Source of the DNA: a virus
Taxonomy: Duplodnaviria; Caudoviricetes
Reading direction: 5' to 3' (one strand)
Virus record (IMG/VR): IMGVR_UViG_3300021411_000006
Coordinates: 1 to 64,000 of that record
DNA: 64,000 nucleotides
Shown: positions 7,480 through 17,010 of the stretch, piece by piece
How positions within the stretch are numbered: the stretch's first letter is position 1
Layout: every line of letters starts with the position of its first letter
The notes under the pieces: generated by a model
The model's database searches: none
What the model saw: only the letters and a program-made list of their open reading frames with translations
Told to the model about the DNA's origin: nothing
Made by a program: the position numbers and the translations under genes

Positions 7480-7803
7480 ATGAAACAGACGCAGCTTTTT
7501 TTCAACACCATCCACCTCAGCGGAAAAGATCTCGCTGCCGCTAGTTTGCAATGCAGTAAGCAGGAAGCCAGGGTTATCAGTATCATGTCCACTCTGGACA
7601 AGGCGATGACACCGTTTGAGGTGCAAAATGAATATGAAAGGGCATACCCTTCCGTGCCTATCACATCGATACGTAGATCTATGACCAACCTGGCACAGCG
7701 TGGAGTCCTGGAGAAGAGCGGCGCGATGAAGCTTGAAATATACGGCAAGCCGAACCATACCTGGAAGCTGGTCAGAGAAAGCCTTACAAAACAGACAGCA
7801 TAA
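7480..7803 (+). CDS. winged-helix DNA-binding protein
   Basis: MTPFEV....ITSIRRSMTNLAQRGVLEK wHTH-like. Confidence 0.65.
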   Translation: MKQTQLFFNTIHLSGKDLAAASLQCSKQEARVISIMSTLDKAMTPFEVQNEYERAYPSVPITSIRRSMTNLAQRGVLEKSGAMKLEIYGKPNHTWKLVRESLTKQTA

Positions 7804-7829
7804 ATTTTTCACATTTTAAACAAAAACAC

Positions 7830-8678
7830 ATGGAACAAACGATCACCGCGAAGCAAATTCATGCCGACTTCTACGGAGCAGAAGAGCGGCTGTACATTGA
7901 TGCTATCGGATTAAAACAGCGCAGTGTAAGCGAGCAAAGAAAAAAAGCAGTCAGGCTGGAAGCTATTGGCTTTAACCGGGCAAAACCAGTACAAGACATT
8001 CGCGACCACCAGACTAAAGCCGGTATGTCGGAAGCGATGATAGAAGCTATCGACTATTACCGGGTGTATTATCCGCAGAACAAATTTATAACCGATGATG
8101 AAGTAATAAAGCTCTGCAACAAGTACGGCCTACTGTTAGGCGATGCCGGGAACTATATCGGCGATATGCCTGAAAAAAATCTGAATGATATCGAAGCATT
8201 TAAGCTGCGTGATGAAGAGAAGGTGGAGAAGCGCAAGTATCCTACTGGTTATATGGACGCATTCGACCGTCTCCAATATTTTGACATGAGCAGCAATGCA
8301 CAGCCTGCTATACCTACTATACCTCTTCAATACATTCACTGGAACCCCAGGAGAACCGGCGAAAGTATTAGGCAGCTGGCGGAACACCGTAGGCAAATTG
8401 AAGCAGCAAGCCGGCTATATATGCGATATCCAGCAGATGAGAAAGAAAAAATAAAAGCGCAGGAAAAAGTAGAACTGGAAGCACGGCCATATATGATCTG
8501 TGCCCCTTCGCAAGACTTCCATACGAGAGGTTACGAATTGCGCCAGGGTGCCCGACTTGTTTGGGACCCGGTAGTACTTCAGCCGGTGGATAGGAATGGC
8601 ATCAAAGGATATCTGATCGTGACAGCCTGGGGTGATGAGGCCAGTGATCCTATCGTAGTAAACGAAATTTCTAACTAA
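7830..8678 (+). CDS. hypothetical protein
   Basis: 282 aa ORF with A-rich leader. Confidence 0.8.
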   Translation: MEQTITAKQIHADFYGAEERLYIDAIGLKQRSVSEQRKKAVRLEAIGFNRAKPVQDIRDHQTKAGMSEAMIEAIDYYRVYYPQNKFITDDEVIKLCNKYGLLLGDAGNYIGDMPEKNLNDIEAFKLRDEEKVEKRKYPTGYMDAFDRLQYFDMSSNAQPAIPTIPLQYIHWNPRRTGESIRQLAEHRRQIEAASRLYMRYPADEKEKIKAQEKVELEARPYMICAPSQDFHTRGYELRQGARLVWDPVVLQPVDRNGIKGYLIVTAWGDEASDPIVVNEISN

Positions 8679-8691
8679 ACAAAATAACATT

Positions 8692-9135
8692 ATGAAAAAA
8701 TTTATGCCAGATGAAACACCGCAGGACCGCCTCCGCCTGCTCCGGGAAAATTGCGACGGCCATGAAGAGACGACTTATTACAAAGAACTTACTCCAGTTG
8801 AGGTCGCTGAAAAAAATGCACTGATGATTGATAACCTTATACAGCTACGCAAGCTGGAGGAAGAAATGTCGCTTATTAAAAAAACGCACAAACTGAAAGC
8901 AGATCCCTTGAAGGAAGAAAACAACATCTACCTGACCGAGGTCCATACCGGCAAGCAAACCGTGAAAGGAACCCTTTACCACATGGCTGACCTGGAAAAT
9001 GGAATGATGGAAACCTATGACGGCGAAGGAGAATTGTTAAAGAGCCGCCGCTTACGTCCGGAAGAAAAACAGGGTAAGCTGTTTTCCGCTCCCGGAGTTA
9101 CCAGGATGCGGATCGCTGGAGAAGGAGATGAATAA
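8692..9135 (+). CDS. hypothetical protein (coiled-coil centre)
   Basis: 147 aa ORF in operon. Confidence 0.8.
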   Translation: MKKFMPDETPQDRLRLLRENCDGHEETTYYKELTPVEVAEKNALMIDNLIQLRKLEEEMSLIKKTHKLKADPLKEENNIYLTEVHTGKQTVKGTLYHMADLENGMMETYDGEGELLKSRRLRPEEKQGKLFSAPGVTRMRIAGEGDE

Positions 9136-9160
9136 ATTACTAACCTAACAATTATATATC

Positions 9161-9892
9161 ATGGAAAAAATCAACGTTTATATTGCCGGTGACCAGGGAA
9201 CAGCGCCGGTAATTACTATCCGGGAAGGCAGCGCCCTGGAGTTAAACCAGCCAGTACAAATTTCTATGGAAGGAGATATTCACACAATAAAGTCTTTCCT
9301 GGAAAAACGCACAGGTAAAAGAAAAGGCGGCGGCCAACAACTTGTAAATCCGGAGACGGCTATAGTTAGCGTCAATGAACAAAAAATGACTATACTGCTT
9401 GCGCTCAACCCTGAAGATGTTAATGGAGCAGAGATATCGGGTAAGCTTGAAGTTGCACCGGAGTTGTCACAGTTTTATATCAACACAACTAAACAGTTCA
9501 CCAGGGAAGAGCTTATCCGCTTGTTCCGTTTTAGTAAGCGGTTTTTTGATTCTGCCGAGAACCACGAAAAAATAATGATCGCTTACCAGAAGCTCAATCT
9601 TTCTACCACCTCTGAGCTAAAGAAAGATACCGACACCCGTGGCAATAAAGATCTCTCTTTTAAAAAGAATATTACCAGCGATATCCCGGAAGACTTTATC
9701 CTGAACCTGCCGGTTTTTAAGGGTGAAGATAAAGAGCGGTTCCGCGTGGAGATCTGTATGGACGCTACAGATACTTCGGTAAGGTTCTGGTTTGAAAGCG
9801 TGGAGCTGGTTGAAAGGATGGAGCTTAGGCGCGATGAAATATTTGCCGAAGAACTGGAGTCCTGCAAAGACCTGGTAGTGATCTATACCTAG
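9161..9892 (+). CDS. hypothetical protein, possibly DUF2303-like
   Basis: 243 aa ORF; C-terminal FILNLPVFKG....FRVEI resembles DUF2303 (family call uncertain). Confidence 0.55.
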   Translation: MEKINVYIAGDQGTAPVITIREGSALELNQPVQISMEGDIHTIKSFLEKRTGKRKGGGQQLVNPETAIVSVNEQKMTILLALNPEDVNGAEISGKLEVAPELSQFYINTTKQFTREELIRLFRFSKRFFDSAENHEKIMIAYQKLNLSTTSELKKDTDTRGNKDLSFKKNITSDIPEDFILNLPVFKGEDKERFRVEICMDATDTSVRFWFESVELVERMELRRDEIFAEELESCKDLVVIYT

Positions 9893-9919
9893 TTTATTAA
9901 CCCCTTAAAATAAAAAACC

Positions 9920-10183
9920 ATGTCTGTTATCGTAAGAATGAAAGTCGAAAAAAAGAGTTTCCAAAAACACTACTCTTTAAAAGAAGACGGTGTAACGCCA
10001 AACATCCAAACGGAGATCCTGTTATCCGTCCCGTATTGTAATGATAAGAATGACCCGAACTATGTTTACGCGCAGCTGAGTAGCGGATCGCACTTCCCGC
10101 TAACTACCATAAACCAGGATGCCGCGGACCAGTTTAAGTTAGGCGAAGTGTACGAGATTGTTATTACCAAAGTCGGCGCATAA
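9920..10183 (+). CDS. hypothetical protein
   Basis: 87 aa ORF. Confidence 0.7.
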   Translation: MSVIVRMKVEKKSFQKHYSLKEDGVTPNIQTEILLSVPYCNDKNDPNYVYAQLSSGSHFPLTTINQDAADQFKLGEVYEIVITKVGA

Positions 10184-10261
10184 ATTTTGTATTCTCAATT
10201 TTCATCCTCTCCCCGGCTGGTTTCTACCAGCTGGGTTTTAAATCCGTTCAATTACCCTACA

Positions 10262-10426
10262 ATGAAAGCGCTAATAGCGAAGTACAAAAAGTATCACGAA
10301 GCTGGGTACGGTAAGGAACAGGTGAGAGAAATGCTCACCCACGAAAACTTGTCCATAATCCAACAGCTTTTTATACTGGAGACCGTGTTCCAAAAGAAAA
10401 AAACATCCAATGGCAAGGCCAGCTAA
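10262..10426 (+). CDS. hypothetical protein
   Basis: ATG at 10262 within ORF 10187..10426. Confidence 0.5.
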   Translation: MKALIAKYKKYHEAGYGKEQVREMLTHENLSIIQQLFILETVFQKKKTSNGKAS

Positions 10427-11180
10427 AAATTACTGCGAATATTTTTCCCATGACAGCGGGATGAGAAACCACCGGAAAATTAAATCCCTCCGGGTAAAGT
10501 TTGGGATTTCGGGGTATGCAATTTACTGCATGCTGCTGGAGCATCTTACCGGCAGCGAAGGCAACCATTTCCATAATAGCGATATTGAGTACGAGCTATT
10601 AAGCGGCGACTTCGGTATTTCTGCTACAGAAATACGGGAGGTGGTCGATTACTGTGTCAGCCTGCTGCTATTATACCGTGACAACGGTACAATAAATTCT
10701 CCAGGGCTTGACGAAAGACTACAGCCGGTGTATGAAAAGCGCCAGGCAAGTAAGGCGATCAGTAAGAGTCTTCCCCGTGTTAACGGTCGTTTCTGTAACA
10801 GAAACTCCGCGAGTACGGAAGTTACTGTTACAGAAATACCGCAAAGTAAAGTAAAGGAAAGTAAATTAAATTATAAGAGAGAGAGCGCCGGTGAAAATGA
10901 TGACTCTATCGAGATGGCCAGGGTCGCCAGAGTACTCGATCAGCAAGATGGCGCTACAACCATCTTCACAATCGAACACTGCCTCACTGTGGCGATGAAG
11001 GACGAAAGGTGGATGAAAGCCAACCAGGCGACAGAAGCCGACCTACAGCGCTTTAATTCGCACCTGGAGAAGCAGGCGCTTTTTCATAAAAATCCGGCAG
11101 AGTATAAAAAGCATTTTGGTAACTGGCGCTCAAAAGAAGCGCCGGAAACTGTACCGATAAAAAAGAAGATGGTGTTATGA
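10410..11180 (+). CDS. replication initiator (DUF4373/Lin1244-like N-terminus)
   Basis: YFSHDSGMRNHRKIKSLRVKFGISGYAIYCMLLE N-terminus, QSKVKESK linker, directly upstream of the primase-helicase. Confidence 0.75.
   Translation: MARPAKNYCEYFSHDSGMRNHRKIKSLRVKFGISGYAIYCMLLEHLTGSEGNHFHNSDIEYELLSGDFGISATEIREVVDYCVSLLLLYRDNGTINSPGLDERLQPVYEKRQASKAISKSLPRVNGRFCNRNSASTEVTVTEIPQSKVKESKLNYKRESAGENDDSIEMARVARVLDQQDGATTIFTIEHCLTVAMKDERWMKANQATEADLQRFNSHLEKQALFHKNPAEYKKHFGNWRSKEAPETVPIKKKMVL
10791..10875. promoter_or_regulatory. candidate replication origin iterons inside the initiator gene
   Basis: CTGT(A/T)ACAGAAA at 10793 and 10825, then an AAAGT-repeat A-rich tract. Confidence 0.4.
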
Positions 11181-12862
11181 GTAACGGCGTTTTTAACTGG
11201 GAGAAACACGGGATCGATATCTCCAGGGTCCGTGGTGGCAAAATGCAGTGCCCAAAATGTAGCTCTACCAGGAAGGATAAAAGAGATCCCTGCCTATCCG
11301 TCGATAAAGACAAAGGCGTTTTTAACTGCCATAACTGTGGGTTCCACGGCACTGCTTACGAGTACCCTAAAAAAAGGGAGTATATAAAACCGCTCCCCAG
11401 GCTGGAGAAGGTCAGTAAAAAAACAATCGACTTTTTTGAGGGCCGCGGGATCTCTAATAACACCCTACTCAGGTTTAAGATCACAGAAGCCCGTGAATGG
11501 ATGCCGCCGCCCATCGATACGGAGTGTCAGGTTATTTGTTTCAACTACTACCGCGGGCAGGAGCTAGTAAATATAAAGTTCCGGGGACCACAGAAGACTT
11601 TTAAGATGTCAAAAGACTCTGAGCTGATCGTTTATAACATAAACGATATCGCTGGAGAGGCAGAAGCTATTTTCGTGGAAGGTGAGATGGATTGCCTGTC
11701 ATGGCACGAGGCTGGTATTTTTAATTCCGTATCCGTTCCCAACGGAGCTAGCAAGGGTAATCAAAGACTGGAGTACCTGGATAATTGCTGGAAAGCTTTT
11801 GAGGGAATTAAAAAAATTATCCTAGCCACCGATAACGACGAAGCTGGCCTGGCTCTCCGGGAAGAGCTTGCCCGTCGTTTGGGCAAAGAACGCTGCTGGC
11901 AGGTGATATACCCTGAAGGATGTAAGGACACCAACGAGGTCCTGATGAAGTATGGCAAAGAGTCCGTAGCTGCGATGAGAACCAACGCTACACCCTGGCC
12001 GATTGAGGGGATCGCATCGATGGACGAGATGTTTGAAACTATCGGCGACTTTTATATCAACGGATATCCGAAAGGATCAAAAGCGGGTATAACAAGTACG
12101 AGCCCCGGAAGAGGATTTGACGATCACTTATCTTTCCTGCCTGGCCAGCTCACCATTATTACCGGCATTCCTGGAAGTGGCAAGGATGAGTTTGCTAACT
12201 GGCTTATGGCGCGCCTGGCAATGTTGGCCAGCTGGAGCTGGGGAGTTATTCAGTTTGAGGAGCCCAATGAATTTACTGTTACCAAGTTGATGGAAAAAAT
12301 GACGGATAAGAGTTTTGATTTTCGGAAGGATGAGAGTCACCGGATAAACCTAACCGACTTCGACCGCAGTATTGCCCTGGTCGATAAATATTTTCACTTT
12401 GTAAAGACCGACGAGGTAGATGTAACGGTCGACGGGCTGATAGAAAAGATTGAGCAGATGGTACGACGCTTTGGAATAAACGGGGTACTTATAAACCCCT
12501 GGAACTACCTGGAGCATAAAAAGAAAGACGGCCAATCCGAAACAGAGTACGTCAGCGAAAGCCTGACGAAGATTATTTCCTGTCTAAAAAGGAATAACCT
12601 GCACGGGTTCCTAATGGCACACCCGACGAAAATAAAAAAAGATGATAAAACTGGTAAGTATAAGATAGCAACCTTATATGACTGCTCCGGGTCAGCGCAT
12701 TTTTTTAACAAGACGCATAACGGTATTAGTGTTTATCGTGATTTTGAAACTAATCTGGTGGACGTATATATACAAAAAGTAAAGCATAGCTGGCTAGGTA
12801 AGCTTGGTTTCTGCACGTTCCACTTTGATCCGTTCACCCGCAAGTACACCCCAGCAGCGTAG
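11177..12862 (+). CDS. bifunctional primase-helicase (T7 gp4/Twinkle-like)
   Basis: Zn finger CPKC..CHNC; TOPRIM EGEMD and DND; SF4 helicase GIPGSGK, FEE, AHPTK, GSAHFFNK. Confidence 0.93.
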   Translation: MSNGVFNWEKHGIDISRVRGGKMQCPKCSSTRKDKRDPCLSVDKDKGVFNCHNCGFHGTAYEYPKKREYIKPLPRLEKVSKKTIDFFEGRGISNNTLLRFKITEAREWMPPPIDTECQVICFNYYRGQELVNIKFRGPQKTFKMSKDSELIVYNINDIAGEAEAIFVEGEMDCLSWHEAGIFNSVSVPNGASKGNQRLEYLDNCWKAFEGIKKIILATDNDEAGLALREELARRLGKERCWQVIYPEGCKDTNEVLMKYGKESVAAMRTNATPWPIEGIASMDEMFETIGDFYINGYPKGSKAGITSTSPGRGFDDHLSFLPGQLTIITGIPGSGKDEFANWLMARLAMLASWSWGVIQFEEPNEFTVTKLMEKMTDKSFDFRKDESHRINLTDFDRSIALVDKYFHFVKTDEVDVTVDGLIEKIEQMVRRFGINGVLINPWNYLEHKKKDGQSETEYVSESLTKIISCLKRNNLHGFLMAHPTKIKKDDKTGKYKIATLYDCSGSAHFFNKTHNGISVYRDFETNLVDVYIQKVKHSWLGKLGFCTFHFDPFTRKYTPAA

Positions 12863-13013
12863 TGTATCAAATAATAGTAGAGCAATAATTCTTAAAAACC
12901 AAAAAAATCGCTATTTTGCTCCTAATTATTTCCGAATATCCCCCAAACCGCCTTTTTAGCCACAGAGTAAACCACGGTCAGAATGCTTTTGAACCATTTT
13001 AATAGCAAAGCGA

Positions 13014-13433
13014 ATGATTTCAGGTAAACAAGTTGCAGCCATGCTTTTGATCCGGCATACCCATGTCGGGCTTTTAAACCGCTCCCCGGACATGATAGTA
13101 TATAAAGAAGAGGTAGTTATAGACCTTCTGACCAAGTTGGGACTCCCCGATCCGGATTTTGACTCGGTAACCCAGGAGGAAATAGACTGGGCCAACCGTT
13201 CGACCGGTCCAGGAGCGCGAATTTTTAGGGTAAGATCCCCCATGCAGCAGTTTAAGGAATTTATCCAAAAAGAGATTATCTTCCATTCGTCAAGACACAC
13301 AGTCTCAGATGAGAACCGTGAAAAAAAATTAGGGATGGTCCATGTTTGTAAACAAATGGTCCGAGCGATAGATAATACTTATCTACCAATGGAGCGAAAA
13401 TTTCTTGAAGATCACAATATGTTCCGAGCTTAG
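13014..13433 (+). CDS. hypothetical protein
   Basis: 139 aa ORF. Confidence 0.65.
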   Translation: MISGKQVAAMLLIRHTHVGLLNRSPDMIVYKEEVVIDLLTKLGLPDPDFDSVTQEEIDWANRSTGPGARIFRVRSPMQQFKEFIQKEIIFHSSRHTVSDENREKKLGMVHVCKQMVRAIDNTYLPMERKFLEDHNMFRA

Positions 13434-13476
13434 TAAGCTTGGGACTTTTTATTTAACCTAACAAAAAAACACTATC

Positions 13477-14268
13477 ATGGGAACGACCGGAAAGCGTAAA
13501 TACACTAGGAGCGGTAATTTTTCTAAAGCGAGTCATTCTAAAATGCACGGTGAACATGGGTCTCCGATTATTATGAATGGTAACACGCCGATGAAAAAAG
13601 ATGCGAGAGAATTAAATCTACCGGTGGACACAATGCTTATGCTGATAACGAACGCTGAAAAGGCTATCGCTAATAACGTTGTTTTAAAGGCCGCTATCCA
13701 GCCTGTTTGGGATGAGAAGAAAGGCTTTTTAGACTTAGCAAAGGCCGACTTTGATGAAGTTGATACAAAAGTTAAAGCTATTGACAAGGATAGTGAGGAC
13801 CAGGAAAAAGTTATAAACGGGTTTAGGGATTTCCTGGGCATTAAGAAAAAGAAAGTTGTTACGGGTACTACCATTTCGGATGAGAAGAAAGATAAAAAAC
13901 AACGTAAGGCAGCTGGGAAAAGAGTTGATTGGCTGGCATCGTTTACAGAGACCCTGGAGGTAGCTGATAAGTTTTTAACCTTTGAGGAAATGTTTCGCAG
14001 ACGGCTTGCTGATAAAGTTTGGGTAGAAGAAAGCGGAAAGACCGAGGCTCGTTTATGGGCATTAAAAACCGCGGTAGAGATCAATATGCACACCCATGCT
14101 GACCGCTTTGGTAAAAACACATCGGGTAACTGGAAACAGTACCTGGTGGTTTATAACGGGAAGTTCGGCCTTGCTGAGTGGGTAGACAAGAAAGGAAATT
14201 TAATAAACCCCAAACACCTAAAGGAGGTCATGGGCGTATACACCAAGAAGGCGGAAGTAGCAAACTAA
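13477..14268 (+). CDS. basic coiled-coil hypothetical protein
   Basis: 263 aa Lys-rich ORF with A-rich leader. Confidence 0.75.
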   Translation: MGTTGKRKYTRSGNFSKASHSKMHGEHGSPIIMNGNTPMKKDARELNLPVDTMLMLITNAEKAIANNVVLKAAIQPVWDEKKGFLDLAKADFDEVDTKVKAIDKDSEDQEKVINGFRDFLGIKKKKVVTGTTISDEKKDKKQRKAAGKRVDWLASFTETLEVADKFLTFEEMFRRRLADKVWVEESGKTEARLWALKTAVEINMHTHADRFGKNTSGNWKQYLVVYNGKFGLAEWVDKKGNLINPKHLKEVMGVYTKKAEVAN

Positions 14269-14279
14269 AAATCTATTAT

Positions 14280-14708
14280 ATGGACATTCAAGATCAAGTA
14301 TGTACTTTGGAACAAGCACTACGCTTGAAGTGCTTAGGAGTCGTACAGGAAAGCCTGTTTTACCACAGGCCGTTACAGGGACCGGGTAACTCAAAACTGT
14401 GGCAAGTCTTTTATAAAAACGAGTTGCCGATACAGGGGAAGGATCTGGCTGCTGAATGCCTCTCCGCTTTTACTCTCGCCGAGATTGGTAAAGCCCTTGA
14501 CTGGGAGAAGGTCACTACCTCCCCTCCATACAAGAAGGAGCGCGAGTGGCGAATGTTTACTAATGGTGACGATAAGGAGCTACACGATTATAATGAAGTA
14601 GTCGCCAGAGCAGAGGCGCTGATCTATCAGCTGGAGAAGAGCCATACCACGCCAGCGGAAGTAAATAATAGGTTAACGCCTTTCTGTATATTAAAGACAA
14701 CCGGTTGA
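14280..14708 (+). CDS. hypothetical protein
   Basis: ATG at 14280 (MDIQDQVCTLEQA) inside ORF 14178..14708. Confidence 0.7.
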   Translation: MDIQDQVCTLEQALRLKCLGVVQESLFYHRPLQGPGNSKLWQVFYKNELPIQGKDLAAECLSAFTLAEIGKALDWEKVTTSPPYKKEREWRMFTNGDDKELHDYNEVVARAEALIYQLEKSHTTPAEVNNRLTPFCILKTTG

Positions 14709-15049
14709 GCGATATTGTCACAACGCACGATCTGGCTTTTGAGATAGCGAAGTGGTTGCCGCTGGGGAAAGCGAACCCGATTAGCGATGGATTTTTGCGC
14801 TTCCGGGTCGGCACGGTTACCGGGGTTTGGACAGCGACTCACGACGCTTACGAGATACTGGGTATCACAAACGAGATGTCTGGTAATGGTCATCTGGACG
14901 ATGTTTTTGAATGGTTTGAATTTTCATGTAAGCGGGATAATAAAAAATTACGGGTGCTGGAGACGACAAATAAACGGTTCCGCCACCACCTTATAGATAA
15001 GCGGGGCTTTGTCGAAGACGGCCCGGACAATGTAGTGAAGACCTTTTAA
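14705..15049 (+). CDS. hypothetical protein
   Basis: 114 aa, overlaps the upstream stop. Confidence 0.6.
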   Translation: MSDIVTTHDLAFEIAKWLPLGKANPISDGFLRFRVGTVTGVWTATHDAYEILGITNEMSGNGHLDDVFEWFEFSCKRDNKKLRVLETTNKRFRHHLIDKRGFVEDGPDNVVKTF

Positions 15050-15051
15050 CT

Positions 15052-15486
15052 TTGCAGGTACTCGACCCGGTTTATACACTGTATAACCCGATGAAACGTT
15101 ACACTGTACCACCCCCTAAAGAAAACGATGTCAGGAAAAGTATCGCGACCTATGTAAAGCTCCAGTACCCGAGAGTTATTTTTAGAATTGATTTTGCAGC
15201 GGGGATAAACTTAGGGACGCTTGCCGGGATACACAGCGGCTTACAATCCGGATCTGGATATCCCGATATGTTTGTCGCCGAGGCGCGACATGGGCATCAT
15301 GGGTTATTCCTGGAGATCAAAAGAGATCGGGATTCGGTATATCGTAAGGATGGATCGCTGAGAGAAAATAAGCATGTCGCTGAACAGGCGGCAATACTAA
15401 AGCGCCTGAGCGACCTGGGATATAAAGCATTATTTGTTTGCGGGTTTGATGATGCACGAAAAGAACTTGATAAATATTTATTATGA
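15052..15486 (+). CDS. VRR-NUC (PD-D/ExK) nuclease, possible Holliday junction resolvase; alternative ATG at 15091
   Basis: GYPDMFV....HGLFLEIK motif. Confidence 0.85.
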   Translation: MQVLDPVYTLYNPMKRYTVPPPKENDVRKSIATYVKLQYPRVIFRIDFAAGINLGTLAGIHSGLQSGSGYPDMFVAEARHGHHGLFLEIKRDRDSVYRKDGSLRENKHVAEQAAILKRLSDLGYKALFVCGFDDARKELDKYLL

Positions 15487-15752
15487 GCTGGAATTATCGC
15501 ATAGTTACAAAACTTGAACCTTCGCCACTGAAAGGAAAGCCACCAAGCAGGCTGTTTTCTATTGCGGAGGTTTATTATGCCGACGATAAAAGCACTAATG
15601 CTGATAGCTACGCGGACGGTAAAAATATACTGAGCAACTGGGAGACCATTGATGAGTTAAAATGGACAGCGGAGAAAGTATTGCTTGCTTTCGAGAAACC
15701 GATACTTGATTTAGATAACTGGCCAAACGAGTATAAGGAAGATGATAAATAA
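15483..15752 (+). CDS. conserved phage hypothetical protein (WNYRI type)
   Basis: MSWNYRIV...IAEVYY...LAFEKPILD pattern. Confidence 0.75.
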   Translation: MSWNYRIVTKLEPSPLKGKPPSRLFSIAEVYYADDKSTNADSYADGKNILSNWETIDELKWTAEKVLLAFEKPILDLDNWPNEYKEDDK

Positions 15753-15758
15753 TTTATT

Positions 15759-16067
15759 ATGAAAGGAATGATAATAGCAGTCAGCGAAGAAGAGCTTAAC
15801 ACAATGCTGGAGAATAACGATCCAACTTTAATACAGCGCGGCTCCAGGGTAGAGAAAATAGACGAAGATCCTGGAGGCGATGTTACTCCGTTGGGCACGA
15901 GAGGCACAGTGCTAGGCGGTAAACGTATTTCAGATACGGATCACATGATAGGAAAGGTCCCCGAAAAGTTTAAGGACGCGAAAGCTATTTATATAATTCG
16001 GTGGGATGGATCTGCTTTCCCTATGACAGCATCGATGGATATGAAAATAAAGGAAGTTAATGAGTGA
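15759..16067 (+). CDS. hypothetical protein
   Basis: 102 aa ORF. Confidence 0.7.
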   Translation: MKGMIIAVSEEELNTMLENNDPTLIQRGSRVEKIDEDPGGDVTPLGTRGTVLGGKRISDTDHMIGKVPEKFKDAKAIYIIRWDGSAFPMTASMDMKIKEVNE

Positions 16068-16383
16068 AGCAAAAATTATATGCTGTCCTGTTTGCAAAAA
16101 GAATATGAAGCCGGTAACGGTTTTCGGGTCAAAAGACGATCCGACAGAAGCACTCCCTCAAATGGTAGTGCTTTGTTATGAATGTGCCGCCGTGCTGTTT
16201 TACGATGATGACTTATCGGTAATGGCTGTTACTCCGCAGATGATGAAAATGTGGGAAGAGGAAGAGCCTGGAGTTTCAAAAGCGATAAATTTTACCCAGT
16301 ATCTTTTAAAGGGTATGTCAGTAGCCAGAGGGATAAGAACGAAGAAAAAAGATTTTTTAAATAACCCGGCAAATAAAAACTGA
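16060..16383 (+). CDS. Zn-ribbon protein (paralog 1)
   Basis: CPVC and CYEC motifs. Confidence 0.7.
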   Translation: MSEAKIICCPVCKKNMKPVTVFGSKDDPTEALPQMVVLCYECAAVLFYDDDLSVMAVTPQMMKMWEEEEPGVSKAINFTQYLLKGMSVARGIRTKKKDFLNNPANKN

Positions 16384-16387
16384 ATTA

Positions 16388-16684
16388 ATGGGGAAAGAGA
16401 AAGCAACGTGCCCTATCTGTGGTAAAGTAAGCTCACTTGTAAAAGGAGTGCCTATGGGAAACCCTGGGAAGCCAAGAACAGGGGAGCTTTTTGTTTGCTG
16501 TTTTTGTGCGGATCTTTCAATCTTTGACGGCAACCTGAAATTACAGCTGGCGACACCAGAGGATTATGAAAGACTGGAAAAGAGGGCTCCAGGGTTTAAA
16601 AAGAAGCTAGAAAAAGTTCAGTGGCATATAAAGGAAATTAATAAGCTAGATAATGAACAAGAGCGGTTAAAAATAAATAATTGA
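16388..16684 (+). CDS. Zn-ribbon protein (paralog 2)
   Basis: CPIC and CCFC motifs; aligns with the preceding gene. Confidence 0.7.
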   Translation: MGKEKATCPICGKVSSLVKGVPMGNPGKPRTGELFVCCFCADLSIFDGNLKLQLATPEDYERLEKRAPGFKKKLEKVQWHIKEINKLDNEQERLKINN

Positions 16685-17010
16685 GCCACTATACAAACAT
16701 ATCAACCGAGCCTGTCGCCTACCTGAACGACCACCCGGTAAAGCCCTGCATGAAGAGCGGATTTTGCTGCACAGTAGCACCCTGTGGGTTTGGTGAATGG
16801 AATGAAGACAGGTCCGCCTGTAAGCACCTGTTACCCGCAAACGATATTGGTCAGCGGGATTGTGGTCGCTACGACTGGATAAAGGCTAATGTTCCTGACT
16901 ATGATATATACCCAGGGTTCGGCACTGGCTGTTGTATGCCGATGTTCAACGTGATGAGAAACAATATTATTAAGACCATAAAAGAAAAGAATGTCACAAA
17001 CGACAGTTGA
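16681..17010 (+). CDS. Cys-rich protein (YkgJ-like metal cluster)
   Basis: CMKSGFCC..APC...C...C...FGTGCC. Confidence 0.6.
   Translation: MSHYTNISTEPVAYLNDHPVKPCMKSGFCCTVAPCGFGEWNEDRSACKHLLPANDIGQRDCGRYDWIKANVPDYDIYPGFGTGCCMPMFNVMRNNIIKTIKEKNVTNDS

Noticed and set aside
7003-7812. 269 aa - strand ORF and similar long shadow ORFs (13533..14120, 32689..33111, 34303..34857, 37694..38182, 43896..44378)
   Set aside because: Antisense to well-supported genes, with Ser/Phe/Leu-rich shadow composition and no motifs
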